Assembly: GCA_030141605.1 (NCBI GenBank) | Contig: JAQGDQ010000280.1 | Span: 233,321 to 297,320, forward strand | From: Tubiluchus corallicola | Lineage: Eukaryota > Animalia > Priapulida | Length of the DNA: 64,000 nt | Reading direction: 5' to 3' | In this document: piece after piece, positions 50,585 through 64,000 of the stretch | Numbering within the stretch: position 1 is the first letter of the stretch | Layout of the letters: every line of letters starts with the position of its first letter | Position numbers and translations under genes: made by a program | Notes under the pieces: model-generated | What the model was told of the DNA's origin: nothing | Databases searched by the model: none | The model's input: the letters and a program-made list of their open reading frames with translations, nothing else

Positions 50585-51100
50585 TGCTCGATTTGTAAGA
50601 ACGCCTTAGATAAATCACCCATCAAGATATACTTGTGTATCATAAACCTAATCAAAAGAGCTGCTAAAATTTGAAGATGATTTGCGCCAGTATACAAACA
50701 ATCATTTGATAACACTGATAACACCGACCTTTTCTTCTTACAACTCGCATTAAAAACTATATGTAATGGTGAAGTCTGGCTATGTTTTAAGACAGGTGTG
50801 AGGAAGGTAAGTTAATGGCTTTCCTGCAGGGAAATTTCGGTTACACTTTTCTATTATAGCATCCTGTAACTGCTGTTGAAAGATTTTGTTGTATGCTTGT
50901 AAACGTGTTGGATTTTGCTTAAGTCTAAATACAACATTCTGTAAGCGTGCTTTGCACAAATCAAGATTCGTGGGGAGCTTGGCTAACTTATCTCTATCAC
51001 GAACTGGCCAAGAAATTCTGAACCGACCGTTCACAATGTAAGCAGTTCTATTAAAATGGTCTTCTACAATCGCCTCTTCTTCTGCCTTTGTTAAATTACT
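50585..51100 (-). mobile_element. BEL/Pao RT fragment (mirror copy)
   Basis: ORF 50780..51211 has the same translation as 19359..19790. Confidence 0.85.
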
Positions 51101-52639
51101 GAAAGAATCGGTAATTACTGTATAAGTTTGTATTTTTGTAAGATAGATGGCGCTAGGAGGCGGAGAGCGGTAAACAATAATCAACAGATGGTCGAATATA
51201 CATGTGAACAAATTTTTTAAAAATACAAGTAATGACTACTGTATTTAACAAAATCCATTGCTTTATCATATTTGTATTTTACGTTTTAAATAAAAACGAA
51301 GTTAAAACAATTTCCAACGAATCGAAATCCCAGAATTTAGAGAGTTCACATGTACAATTTTTTGTCTTGCTCATTGACTTGTTTGTATTGTAAACTTGCA
51401 AAGTGGTCTCATTGGACGAAATGCCTTCAACTTGCTCCCCTTATGCACATGTATTTCTACCCAGTATAAATGATAACTATCATTAGTTATGCTTGACATG
51501 ACTATCGGATTAACGTTTGTTTCAAAACTAGCTTGCGATTGCGCTATTAAACTATTGTGTGTTAAAGCTGTGTAATCACTACTAAAACCTGACCGTTCTC
51601 CCCTTTGCCCTTCAAAATTGTTTGCGGTCGCGAATTCCTGAAGCGCAAATTCATTGTCTGCTGTAGAAGCTTCAGAAACAATCGCGCCAGTAAAGACGTT
51701 TTGTAACATTTGGCAGTTTGCCAGCAGCTGGCTCAATTAAATTTTCAGAAGCAGCTTGCTGCGAAATAGGCAATATATTCACGCAAGATTTATCTCTGCC
51801 TTCCGCATTATTATCAACATCATAAGTTAGAATTCTAGGCTCACTGCACAGAGTACTAGATAGGCCTAACTGACATTCTGAACTAGCAAACACATTAACA
51901 ACATTATACTGTTCATAATATGTATCCTTGCAAAAATTACTCAAGTCTGTCTGAGGAATTGATACTAAACTAACATCAGTCTGCAAAGTTGTTGTGTTTG
52001 CAGTACAATGAGGTGCTATAATATATATTCTGCACATAGATCTGCATGTAACAATTTAGTTCTCTTTGTAACGAATGTCTGGATAATTTATTTTTATAAT
52101 TATAAGCACTCGTTTTCAGGAATCAGTTAGAATTCGCAGAAAGTGAATTCATTCTCCATATTTTTAACATTAAATTTTGTTTGCGTCTTGCAGCCAAAGA
52201 GCGAGTGTTTGTAGAAAAATGTGTTGCGTCATCAAAGTAGGCGGGGCTAAACGCAGCTTGGGATCTGCGTGTTATTCCTACGGCTTCGAGTCAAATTCAA
52301 GTTTCTCTCGATATTTTTGTCATCTCTTTTCTGATTGTCAATTACATGCCCCATTTAGTAATGCGTCACCTGTTGGTAAATTGCTCATAGGTTTAACAGA
52401 AAGTACTTTAGATTTTTGCCATTAATGTCATTGTCTTTTGCAGACTGATTATAAATAAACTTTTAGGTAAAATTCTTCTAACCAATACAATTACAAATTT
52501 ACAAACAGAAGAGTACAAACACAAGGTGCATGCTTGCTCAGTTTATTACATCCTAACAATGTCTAGTCAGGCTTTTATTGCAGTTACTCTTTGATACGGT
52601 GAAATCTGTTTAGTTGTTTGCTTTGTGACATGCAAAAAA

Positions 52640-54388
52640 TTCTTTTTCCTGTGTTCCTGCCATTCTTCTTCTGTTATATTTCCTGCCTCATGGCCCACGC
52701 ATACATCACACTGATCTTTTCCAGGTTGGAATAATGCTATGTTCTTCTCATCAATAAGAACTTGTCGTGATAATGATGTTATATTTCGTTCTTCTCATTT
52801 CTCTTTGTAAAGTTTGTACAGGTTAGCCATGGTTGATATTACTGCTTCTAAATAACTTTTGGTTGTAAGAAGCACGGCAATAGTGAGAAGACATTTTGGG
52901 AAGCTTATCCAAAAATTCTGTTCTCGTGAATTCCCTCCCTTCGTTGGCTCTATCATAATATTTTGAACGTACTCCAGCATTTCTTGGAGTGACTGAATTC
53001 TGTCCAATTTTGGACTGACCAGCTACCAAGTCCTGTAGTGGAAAGAAACATCATTCTGCACACGGGTGTGTGTTCCCCATCCTTTTTAAGTATCGAATTG
53101 CTAAGCTTCTTCAGGATTTTCACCTGCTGCTCGGCATCGTTTTGTTGGTACTGCCTCAACTGTTTTAACGAAAATTTTCCGTTCACCCAACATTAAGTTT
53201 TCCCAGATGTTGTGAAATTTTTTCTCCTATCCTCTTCACTGAAATCCCCACACAACATTGACTTGGTGTTTTGACAACTACCCCGTGGGTTAATTTTCCG
53301 CTCAGCTTTTTTCACTTTACGTGATTCACCATTTATGTTTTTCAGGCGGATATATGATTTTCCCTTTTCTCTCTGAGATTTATTAACATTTTGTTTCCAT
53401 TTTTCTGGATTTGCCTTTTTAGATCTTTTTTGTGAGATTCCAGCTCCTTTTGTTTTGCAAAGTGATTCTTCCCTGCCTGATTATTTCCTGTTTGCACTTT
53501 ATTTGCCCCTTCTTCATCGGATTCGGTTTCGGGTTCTGGTATGTATATGGGGTCACTGTTGGAAGACTCACCACAGTCGGATTCGGTTTGGTATGTGTGG
53601 TCACTGTTGGAAGACTCACCACAGTCGGATTCGGTTTCGGGTTCTGCTATGTATGTGGGGTCACTGTTGGAAGACTTACCACAGTCGGTTTCGGGTTCTG
53701 GTATGTATGTGGGGTCACTTTTGGAAGACTCACCACAGTCGGATTCGGTTTCTGGTATGTATGTGGGGTCACTGTTGGAAGACTCACCACAGTCGGTTTC
53801 GGGTTCTGGTATGTATGTGGGGTCACTGTTGGAAGACTCACCACAGTCGGATTCGGATTCAGGTTCTGGTATGTATCTGGGGGTCACTGTTGGAAGACTC
53901 ACCACAGTCGGATTCGGTTTCGGGTTCTGGTATGTATCTGGGGGTCACTGTTGGAAGACTCACCACAGTCGGATTCGGTTTCGGGTTCTGGTATGTATAT
54001 GGGGTCACTGTTGGAAAACTCACCACAGTCGGATTCGGTTTCGGGTTCTGGTTTGTATGTGGGGTCACTGTTGGAAGACTCGCCACAGTCAATTGCATCA
54101 TTATCTAAATAATCCACTTTTTGCAGAATTTCAGCTGTTGCTGACTGACCAAACAAGTCCTCATCAAGAGAGGTGTCCACGGCCATATCCTCAACTACGT
54201 CTGTCAACTCTTCTTCACGACAACTCCTCAAATAAGCTCTCTATGGTGACTTCTATTGGCTGTGTATCTGTTGCATCTAATGGACTATGAATACTGTTAC
54301 TATTTTTCACTTCTGAAGTCTTTTCAGCCACTAGATTCTGTTTCCTGCTGAGCTCTATGAGCATTTTGCCTCTACTGAATTGGTTCAT
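52640..54388 (-). mobile_element. Sola-like transposase fragment with 60-bp repeat at 53519-54090 (mirror copy)
   Basis: Mirror of 16181..17930 with different small indels. Confidence 0.6.
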
Positions 54389-56705
54389 GGCTTATCTATA
54401 AAACTGTAAAGAGTATTTAATAATAACAATCTCTACTTTGTACTTGATAAACACACTGTAACGTGCCGAGGCTTATTTGCTTAAAAACAAAATAACTACT
54501 GCCACTATTGTAACGTTTTGAGGCTATTGCATTTTTAATTTTTATATAATGATCAGGAAAATATACTACATGTATTTTCACGGGTTCGTCTGCTGTTTTT
54601 TAAGGCTGTTTAGTTAAAAACAAAACAAGATGAAACATAAATTTTAAAGCTATAATTATTACAAAAGAAGAGTACAACAACAAGTCAACAATAAGAGCTC
54701 AAAATTACTACTAGTGGCTTGCTGTGAAAACCCCCAAGGAAAGATGAGGATAGGAAAATGAATGCGCATAACTTATCTGAATGTTCATGACGATGTTGTG
54801 CACAACTTGACGATCCTCCCACAATGACAACGCTGACGCCGGCAACATGACGATCCTCCATGAGCCATAACAATGCAGATGACGACAGCTAATCAACAGC
54901 TTCCAGCAACCCTCTTGTAGTCTACTACACCAACGTACCAACAGCTGACTGGAATAACATCACACTTCTGTGGCTTGACCAGCTCTTCAAACCATGTAAC
55001 AGCAACAGCAACGAGACTGAGAAAGATGGTCTATACAACAGGAACACTGTCCTTTTGGCCAAAACAGCACTTAGCTCAGTTCTCCATGGTAAAGAAGTTA
55101 CATCACAGATCGTGTACCAGCCTTTCCAGACGAATACGTTAACTACAGGTATACTGGAACATGCCCACTGGTCAGACCAACAACTAACGTCTGTACCAGT
55201 GAAAAGTATCAACTTAACTGTCCAGAACAGGTATTGCTTTTTCTACATAAGCAAAGGAAGCATTCCAACGGGTAAGTACAAACCATTTTAAGTGACAGGG
55301 GTGAGGAGATGATGAAATGAAAGAACACATACAGCAATGCAAGCCAAGCAAGCCATTTACTATCAAAATTAATAACACACAGACAGACAAGACAGGCCTA
55401 ATTACATTCACTTCACTACTGCTGATGCACCATAACATGCATTGTTAGTTTGAGTGATAAATAAACAATTGTATGTTTTTTCAGTTGTCTTGAATGAATG
55501 TCAAGTTTCTAGTCTACTTTATAGACACTTCAGTAGAACAGAACTTATTGGATAAGGTTTACTAATTTGAACATTAAAAATACTGTAGCAACTCCCATAC
55601 CTTGTAACCTTGTTGAAGGTCAGCAGCCGTCTGCTATGCAGGACGCATTGTTATCTACGTAGCAGGTCTCATCAGTCTTTTTTATTAACCAATCACATAG
55701 CTGCTTTGCAACATGGCAGGTTTCATTTTGTCATCATTTTAAGAATGTCTGCACCCACTTTGCTTCAAAAGGGATATAGCAGTACTCATTACAAAACAAT
55801 TTTGGTGCTTGGATTTAGCTGGTTATTCTATTGTTGTATTTCAGCCCGTAGAATGTAGAGAAGACAGTGCCAGGTTTTATCAAGACATGCCAAGGGCTAC
55901 GTTTCGCATTTGCATGAAAAATCTCATTTTGGCCAGCAGGTTTCAATAGGAAGCCATCGTTATATCATTTCAAAATATCAAAGAGTTTTTCCTGGTCAAC
56001 AGAAACAAAATCAATAAGCACTTCGTCTACAAGATTTTTATCCATTTCAGCAATATAACTAACAAGAAGTGTTTATGATGTTGTTAATATTTTACTGTAA
56101 TAATGCCTGCTCCTAATAATTATTAATAACCTAATAATAGTTGCACAATTTCTACATATTTGTTGGATGATACTTACTCGTCTAACCGTATTCTTGCTAT
56201 CAGTGTACATCTCTCCTGGCACACGGCATTGATATATGCCATCTCTGATGACGTGAATATGTACATGAAAACGGTGACATTGTTTGGGAATATTTGAGCT
56301 TCAGCAGCTTCTCCGAGAATAAGGACCTGCACTCCTTTTGATGTAAATAGCAAAATAAAGATGATTTAGTACATCACCACTGTGAGTACGGAATTGGAGT
56401 GAACGCAAGTCTTTGCAAATGTTGTCATGGATTTAAAAAATAATAAACGACTGAAATAAAATTAAAAATTCTTTCTGCTAAACCAACATCACAACATTAA
56501 GTAACTGGTATAATGATAATTAACAATAACATGACATGACGAAATGTGAAGAAATGAAACTTACATCTTTGCCGCATACCGGTGACTCACTACTTTCATA
56601 TCCTAACTGTGAAATGAGGCCAATGGCCTATTTCCTGAACTAGCTCACCTGTCTAAACTAGGAAAAACAAACACCAGGAGGCACCACGTGCTTATATCCA
56701 AAACA

Positions 56706-57073
56706 CCGCCTCCTTAAATGCTCTCCTGCAGCATTTACAAAATTAAAGGAAACCAACAGTGTAATAACATATCATGACTGACTAAATTGACATACTTCTA
56801 CTTCAGAATTTAACTTAAACATACAGCTTATGAATGCTTAACAAAATCAACTAATTATTACATTCGATTAAATTTATTTTATGAATTAGTCGTTTTAGAG
56901 TCTCTTCTCTAGTCTTCAATGTCACAATTCTCACTAGTCCATCACTGCTTTTTCGTGCTTCAATGATCCGTCTTAGCATCCAGTGATCCCTTGGTGTCTC
57001 ATCCAGAACTAATACCATGTCTCCTATTTCAACATTCTTCTGCTCCTTGTTCCATTTGCTTCGAGTCTGAAGT
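56706..57073 (-). mobile_element. BEL/Pao 3' end (mirror copy)
   Basis: ORF 56851..57129 has the same translation as 13440..13718. Confidence 0.85.
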
Positions 57074-58569
57074 TCCAAGACCTTTCTCAGAAGAATCGCA
57101 TTGTAAGGTGACTTCTTCTTTAGGATCATAGTAACGCAGTACAGGTTTCTGGGAGATAGCTGATTTTATAGTTCGGAAAGCTTTCCCCTGGGTTTCATCC
57201 CAGTGCCACAGTACATTTTTCTCAGTAAGTTCTCTAAGTGGCTTGCACATGTCACTTAAGTTAGGAAGAAATTTAGATCGACAATTAACTAATCCCAGAA
57301 GTCTCCGTACACCAGACACATCTGGTGGGGCAGGCATTTCTACAATAGCCTTAACATTGTCTGGATCAGGCATCAGACCTTCACTTGTTAATACATGACC
57401 AATAAACTGTACTTTACTCTGTCGCAGCTTAATTTTCTCTTTGCTTAAGACTAAATTTTTCTCTCTGCTTTCTCTCATCATGGTCCTTATTTGCAATTTC
57501 TAGTGTCGCTCCGTTGCCAATAACTAGCACATTGTCTGCTACACTCATAACATTCTTTAAACTTTCTAGAGCCTCATCTTGTCTGAGTTGGTACTCTTCA
57601 GGAGCAACCGATATGCCAAAAGGCATACGTCGCCAACGATAACGTCCGAAAGGTGTATTGAAAGTGGTTAAGTAAGAGCTAGATTCATCTAGTTCCACTT
57701 GCCAAAATCCATTCTTGGCATCAAAAATACTGAAGACTTTGGCCTTACTCAAATCTGGCAAGACATCCTCAGTAGTCTTTAAAGGATAGTGGTTTCACCT
57801 CAAAGCTTTATTTAGATCCTGAGGATCTATACAGACTCTCAGCTTGTTGTTTGATTTTCGTAGAACAAGGAGGCTAGATACGAAATCTGTAGGAGTCTTG
57901 ACTTTAGAAAGAATTTCTTGAGATTCAAGTTTATCTAGTTCACTCTTTAAGTCATCCTTCAAAGCAACAGGTACACGTCTAGGTGGATGTACTACAGAGG
58001 GTACATTAGAATCTACTTCTAGGTGCAGTTTTCCAGGAAGTTTACCTTACACTTTATACTTTCCACCATTTTTAGGATTTATCATTTTAACAACACAAGG
58101 TTGTTCCTCCGTCATACGTGTAAAGCAGTTTTCTCTCACTATGATCAATCAACTGATTGGAAGGCAGAAAATTGGCTGGTATCACATTGCTTGTTGCAGC
58201 ACTATCAATCAGAAAACGAATAGGTTTCTTACTCACCAGCATCGTAGCAAAAAATTTATTTCCAGGTTTCACCCTTGAAGAATGAAGCGCTTGCACACTC
58301 CAGTAGTTTTCCAAATTTTCACTATCAGAATCTGAGTCACTACACTGTAGATCACAAAACTGCTGATTAAGGGTGTGCACATTTCTTTTTCTACTATGTG
58401 ATGCAGATTTTCTAAGAGAATCACATTTGACTTGGAAGTGATTCCATTGCTTACACTTAGAACACTGCTTACCATATGCAGGGCAACTATCACGACCAAA
58501 AACATGTCGTTTTCCACAAAATTTACAGCGTTTTTGGTATGAATCACGTGTGTCTCTTCTTGCTTGGAG
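57074..58569 (-). mobile_element. Ty3/Gypsy gag-pol fragment (mirror copy)
   Basis: ORFs 57029..57496, 57429..57761 and 58087..58617 match the left copy. Confidence 0.93.
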
Positions 58570-59062
58570 TAATCTGTTGTACTCACTGTGATAATGCAAA
58601 CGACGATGCGTAGCCAACTAATCCACAAACAATTAATTGCATAAATATTGTATAAATAATTATTAAGCAAACAAACAAAAATGTATGTAAAAAACACTAC
58701 CATTAGTCAAACACTAATTTAGCTACGTTTGAATGAGCTAAATATTACACTATCTTCTTAAATTACAGTATCAGGTCGATAAACTAACAAATAAATTCGG
58801 AAATAATGCACAACAGCTAAACCTAACTAAAACTGGGTCAAATACCTATTTGCCTAACTACACGCCACCAGCCCATATGATCAGAAGCACCACCAACTGC
58901 TAACATCAGATACGCAAATACTAAATCGTGCAACTTACAGTCTCTGGATTGTTACCGTACTGGGGGTGCCTCGTCACCTCAAACATGGATCCGCCTCTCA
59001 ACGGTTTGTCGGTGCACCAATAGCATTTCCCAACAATACGAACACAGCAATGAGACAAAGTC

Positions 59063-60173
59063 TTAATTGTCACCAAACTTTGTGAAAATCTCTACCACCA
59101 AAAACATCTGCCCACTCAGTTGTCCAATAATTTCAGACCTCATGGACAAATTGGTTTGCTTGAATTTATCCAGATCAGATTTTGTAACAGACCAATTAAC
59201 TATAGAAAGTTCTTCGTTGTTAATTTGCCCTGCATCTCTAGTAGTAGCTAAAAATTGGCTTAAATCTCTAGCATAATATTTTACAAAGTGGTTATATGAC
59301 AGATAAAAGTTAGTATTAAATATATACAAAAGTTCTTTCTTAACTAGATCATCATCACCATTCTGCAATATTTTACTTAGGAATCTTACATTATGAGCTT
59401 TCATTTCGATTGATAAAGGAGGCAACCCACATAAAATTTCTAACAATACCCTGCAAGGTTTAAAGGATGAACCCATTGCAGTTCGGAGGACATCATAATA
59501 CAAGTCATCAAATAATGAATGTTTTTTAGCTAACCAAACACTGGCACTGTATAGTATAACAGGTAGTGCAAATGTTTTAAACAGTTGTGTAATAGTTGCC
59601 ATTCTCATTCCTCTGTATTTAAAACACAGTTGCTTAATTTGTGTCCATTTGTGCCAGGCATTTTTCCTAACTCTATTGGTATAACAATCAAATTTCAGAT
59701 TACTATCAATAGTGATACCCAGTACTGTACTATTTTGAACATATTCAATTTCATTATCACCAATTTTTAATTTAGGCAAATTATTATTTACTATATCTTG
59801 CGTAGACCCCATGACCATAACTTCCGTTTTATTCCTATTACAGTTGACTTTCAGCCGCCATTTTTTACACCATAGATGTAACTTATTACAACAAATTTGC
59901 GCAGTATTACGACACTCATCAGAGTTTGTTTTAGATGCGTGAAATGTGTCATCGTCTGCGTATTTAAAGACGTCTGCCATTTTATTGGTTCTTACATCAT
60001 TTAGCATTTCTGAGATGAAAATTATGAATAACAGAGGTGAAAGGACAGAGCCTTGTGGGAGGCCAATATTACTGTTATACTTTTGAGAACAGAATTAACC
60101 TACACTGATACAGAATGATCGACTCAACAAGTAGTTTTTGATTGTAGCCAAGAACTTTCTAGCAATTCCTAAT
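59063..60173 (-). mobile_element. Non-LTR RT C-terminal half (mirror copy)
   Basis: ORF 59063..60007 differs from 10562..11506 by V/A and T/I. Confidence 0.9.
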
Positions 60174-62020
60174 ATTGTAATTACTGGTACAAAATAGTTA
60201 GAAAATAACATGGAGATATAGTCAGCAATGTCTTCGTGCTGTAGCAAGTTAATATTTATATCTCCACATATGTAACATTTCACGGCTGATCTGTTAATGT
60301 ATGCCTGTTTACGCTCCTCTCTATATGAAAGGGCAATACGTCAGTGTTGGGGTGCCTATATATAACAGCAAAAATTATGTTTTTTGTTTTAGATTTGGTT
60401 TCGATGTTAATCCAAAGATTTTCGACTTGCATATTTGTGTTGGAATTTATTTTTAATTCTGTATTTTCCGAGAAGTTCAACAGATTGCTTATAATAGGCC
60501 AATCCCCCCAGCATGTGTGTTTGAGTCATGATGTATAAAAGTATAACCAGGTATATTACATAAAAATGTGGTATTCGGAGTAATCCTTGTTTCAGAGATT
60601 GCTATGATCTGTGGTTTTTGTTGGAAATGTTTAATAACATCATACATATTGGTAAAGTGCCCATGGAGGCTGCTAGTATTAAAATGCACAAAACTGAAAT
60701 CAGCATTTATTGATTTCAGTTCTGTATTGCTACAAAGCGTATCAAGCTTAAAGTATGGACTGTCATATGTTGGTAGGATATTATTGGGGTCAAGCTCATC
60801 GTTTGAAAAAGAACTTAGAGTAGAAAACTCAGTTAAATTAGGTAAATTACTAATTGAATTAAGTACAAAATCAAGCTGAAAAAATTCCTGAATCTCTGTG
60901 TCTTCCGAATATTGGAATGGGAAGACTGCTTTTAAGCAAGTAACACAGTAAAATGGTTCATTTGTTTGACCTAAAGCGTAGAAGTCATTAAGTGTTATGA
61001 TGGTACCACTCTAGACAGATGTCACAGAAATTTGCAGCTTGATTACTTTTAATTTGTTTATCACAAAAAGTAGAATAATACTGCCTAGTAGCCATTTAAT
61101 TTTCGTAGCCATCAATACTAGGTATAATACTTTAAATTAAACCATACCAGCATTTACGTTAATTTATCCAAGTCATTTTTCGAACAGATATTGATGACCT
61201 CAGTAGACTCTGCCTTACGTAGATAGATACTGCCATTTCGAGTCCGCAGGAACGTATAGTTGTGCGCCTTCTTGAAGTCCAAACAACTCTTGTACAGATC
61301 ACGTCGTTGTGGCGTAAGACTTTCATTAATGTAGATTAGGTTTGTGGCAGAGAATCCTAACTGGTGTGCAGTAATTTTATTCTTGTGCCTCGCATACAGT
61401 TCATCTCTTGTTTCTCTGCGTATGAATTTTGCAATAATGGATGGTGGCTTTCCATCATTCCTTGCTTTGAGGCGATGTGAAATACTTATATCCTTGCATG
61501 TCACATTTACTCCTATATAATAAGCAAGTCGCTCTACAATATTGGATGTATCTTCGTCCCTGGTAACAGGTACACCAGTAAAAATGAGAAAATCTCGCCT
61601 TTCATATTGTTCAAGGTCATCCTGCTTTCCGTGAAGTTTTCTAATTTCCCCTTGAAGAGAACAAACTGTACTTTTTAGAGCAGCATTTTCGGAGCAAAGT
61701 TTTTCACATTTTGCAGAAACATCTGTCATGGATTTCTCAAAAATGTCAAAGCGATCTGAGATTTACTGTTGGCTTGACGTAATCTCATTGACTTCTGTCT
61801 TTAAATCAAAAATAGAATTCTGTATCTGCTCATACTTGACTCTCACTTCAGAACTATTTGCATTCAATTTCGACGTCTTGTTATGCTTATTTTCGTCTCC
61901 TCCAGGCATCATAATGTGTCACAAAAATATCCAGTTTAAAAAATTAACTGATACCTCGAAGAATCAATAATTTTTCAACGAAAAATTCTGAGCAACTTAC
62001 TACAGCACACGCATGCGCCA
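60174..62020 (-). mobile_element. LINE ORF1 plus PHD/endonuclease (mirror copy)
   Basis: ORF 61154..61729 is open across the site frameshifted in the left copy but has an upstream TAA. Confidence 0.85.
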
Positions 62021-62981
62021 TCAAGTTTAGCTGCCAGTAGGGCAGCACAGAGCTCAAATCGTGGGGACGTAAGACCCTTTATTGGTGCAAGACGCAATTT
62101 TGCCATCAGAAAAGCTACATGAATATCTCCACACTCCTATTCCAAAGCGTATATAGGATACAGCTCCATAAGCGACCTCTGAAGTGTACAGATACAGGCG
62201 TTCCAAAGTCTGGTGGTTCGATGCAACGTCTAACTTTGAAATTCTCCAGAAGTGCACAGTCAGACATCCATTTAATCCACTTAACTTCAATAGTGTGTTC
62301 AAGTTTGGCATCCCAAGGCTTCTGCAGTCTGCACTCCTCCTGAAACAGCAATTTTGCCTGGAGTACGAAAGCATTTACGAACCCGAGAGGGTCATAGACA
62401 GATGCAAGAGAACTTAAAAGACCGCGTTTCATGTCAGCATGTTCTCTCTGCTTTACTTGTATGACAAACCTGCCACTGTCTACATCCCACTTGACACCTA
62501 AAGCTCGTTCTTCAGGAGGAAAGTCGAGCATAAGATTCTTAATGCATTTGCCAAGATGCTCTTCTGGGACATTATTTGAAACCTCGTTTGCAGGGACGTC
62601 GGATGTCTGTAACCAATCAGCTACCTTCTGTTTACAGCTTTCACCAGCAGATGGCGCCACATCCTGCCTGGACTCGACCTCGTCGTGACTGTCATCGTCA
62701 TAAGCGCCACCAACTGAAGCCATCTCTACCTGCAGGCGTTCGTGTCTCAGCTTCATGGCCTTGAAGTTTGAGTTCCTGTTCACGAATTTTCAGCTCTTGA
62801 CTCTTCCGCTTTTTTGCACTGTCTTTGCTGCCTTTGCTCATGGACCTTGTAGATGTTCTTAAAACACTTGCAGAAGTTGAAGCTGCAACAAGTAGCACGC
62901 CCGTCATCAGTGCCAGTTTGCCGTGTTGACGACTCTTTAAAACCGACTGTCTCTATACCACCGGGTTGGCCGTCTGCACCA
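62021..62981 (-). mobile_element. BEL/Pao fragment (mirror copy)
   Basis: ORF 62115..62783 has the same translation as 7787..8455. Confidence 0.88.
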
Positions 62982-64000
62982 GCTAATTTACAGCGTTAAA
63001 GTAAAGGCCGCCCTATATGCAAAGTAGGTTCACGCACCAGTTTATAGCATACTATGCTGTCCACGTAGGCCAACTGTACAAAATGGCTGCCGAGCTTGTT
63101 GATTGTCAAGGCCGTTTAAAACATGGAATTGTTTGGGCTTTCAAAACCAAATTTGAAGCTAGATTACATTTTGCTCTTTCTTCCTTCTTTATTTACCAAA
63201 ACGTATCATTCCATGTTTTTAGCCCCAAATCATAAGCAATTGCAACAGACAACGACAACATTTAATCCACCACCATGACACGTCCTCACTTCTTCACGCG
63301 TCTGACACCGATCAAAAACTGATCACGTGTCCAGGCCAAAAAAATCATCACAAGGTGGCCAAAGCAAGCGAAGGCCGCAAAGCATGCCAATGCCGGATTT
63401 CCAGTACAAAAAGTTTTAACGTTTGGTAACCGTAAAGAAGTTGCAAGACCGTAACAGTAACTTGACATGATCATAACTGCAAAGGATGTCAAAATACCTG
63501 TTACGTTTAAAAGAATTTTTTATCTGAGAAAAAACTTCTGAAAAAATTAAAAGAATTTTTGACATCTTTTGCTGCGTGGGAAGTCTCGGAATCTTTATTT
63601 TCAAGCATTTTTAACATTGTCATTTTATATAGGTTAGGATTAGTACCCTCCCTACATTTAACTGTTGTTTGCAACTTGTTTGTTATACTGTCATCGGTTG
63701 TATGTGCCTGGTGCATTAGTAGAAAGCCAACCCAAGTGTGAAATTAGTTTACAGCCTTAAGCTAAGCACGTGTTTGATGTCGTGTTAATGTAAAATTTTC
63801 ATTGTGAGTAGGTGACTATGTACACTAGAGCAGAGAAAGTTAGAAAACTCACTTTTTGTTCCACTGATGTAACGATTACACCCGAGACTAATATAAACAG
63901 TACTCTATCTCCACAAGAAAACCCTTCATAAACATAAAGTTTAAAAAATTCGTTTTGAAATTTTATATCACCTACAAACTGCCTTTTTGCGTGCAGGACT

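Larger units (their letters stand above)
36132..64000 (-). repeat. Right arm of giant inverted repeat (continues past the window end)
   Basis: tgttctgtaaattttagttg starting at 36132 is the reverse complement of caactaaaatttacagaaca ending at 34438; symmetry holds to base 64000. Confidence 0.99.

Noticed and set aside
6565-64000. The arms as terminal inverted repeats of one giant transposon or virus (Polinton/Maverick-like)
   Set aside because: No polB, integrase, ATPase or capsid ORFs; the interior is only 1.7 kb with no credible gene; outer termini are not visible.

Overview
AT-rich eukaryotic (probably invertebrate animal) repeat DNA with no recognisable intact host gene. The dominant structure is a giant inverted repeat. 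The left arm (~6565-34438) is the near-identical reverse complement of the right arm (36132-64000), which runs off the window end. The arms flank a ~1.7 kb spacer whose symmetry axis (35285) lies inside a 24-bp tandem array. Each ~28 kb arm is a dense mosaic of truncated transposon pieces (BEL/Pao, Ty3/Gypsy, CR1/L2-group LINEs, a Sola-like transposase), many abutting with no intervening sequence. It also carries a complete TSD-flanked 5S rRNA-headed SINE with an RTE-like tail and several satellites. The TE pieces are strand-polarised: in the left arm all recognisable pieces at 7.6-20 kb are on + and all at 21.4-32 kb are on -, mirrored in the right arm. My best hypothesis (inference only) is a palindromic, bidirectionally transcribed small-RNA (piRNA/endo-siRNA) transposon-defence locus. 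A head-to-head haplotype or fold-back assembly artefact must be excluded first. Family assignments come from motif recognition, not database searches, and most element boundaries are approximate.
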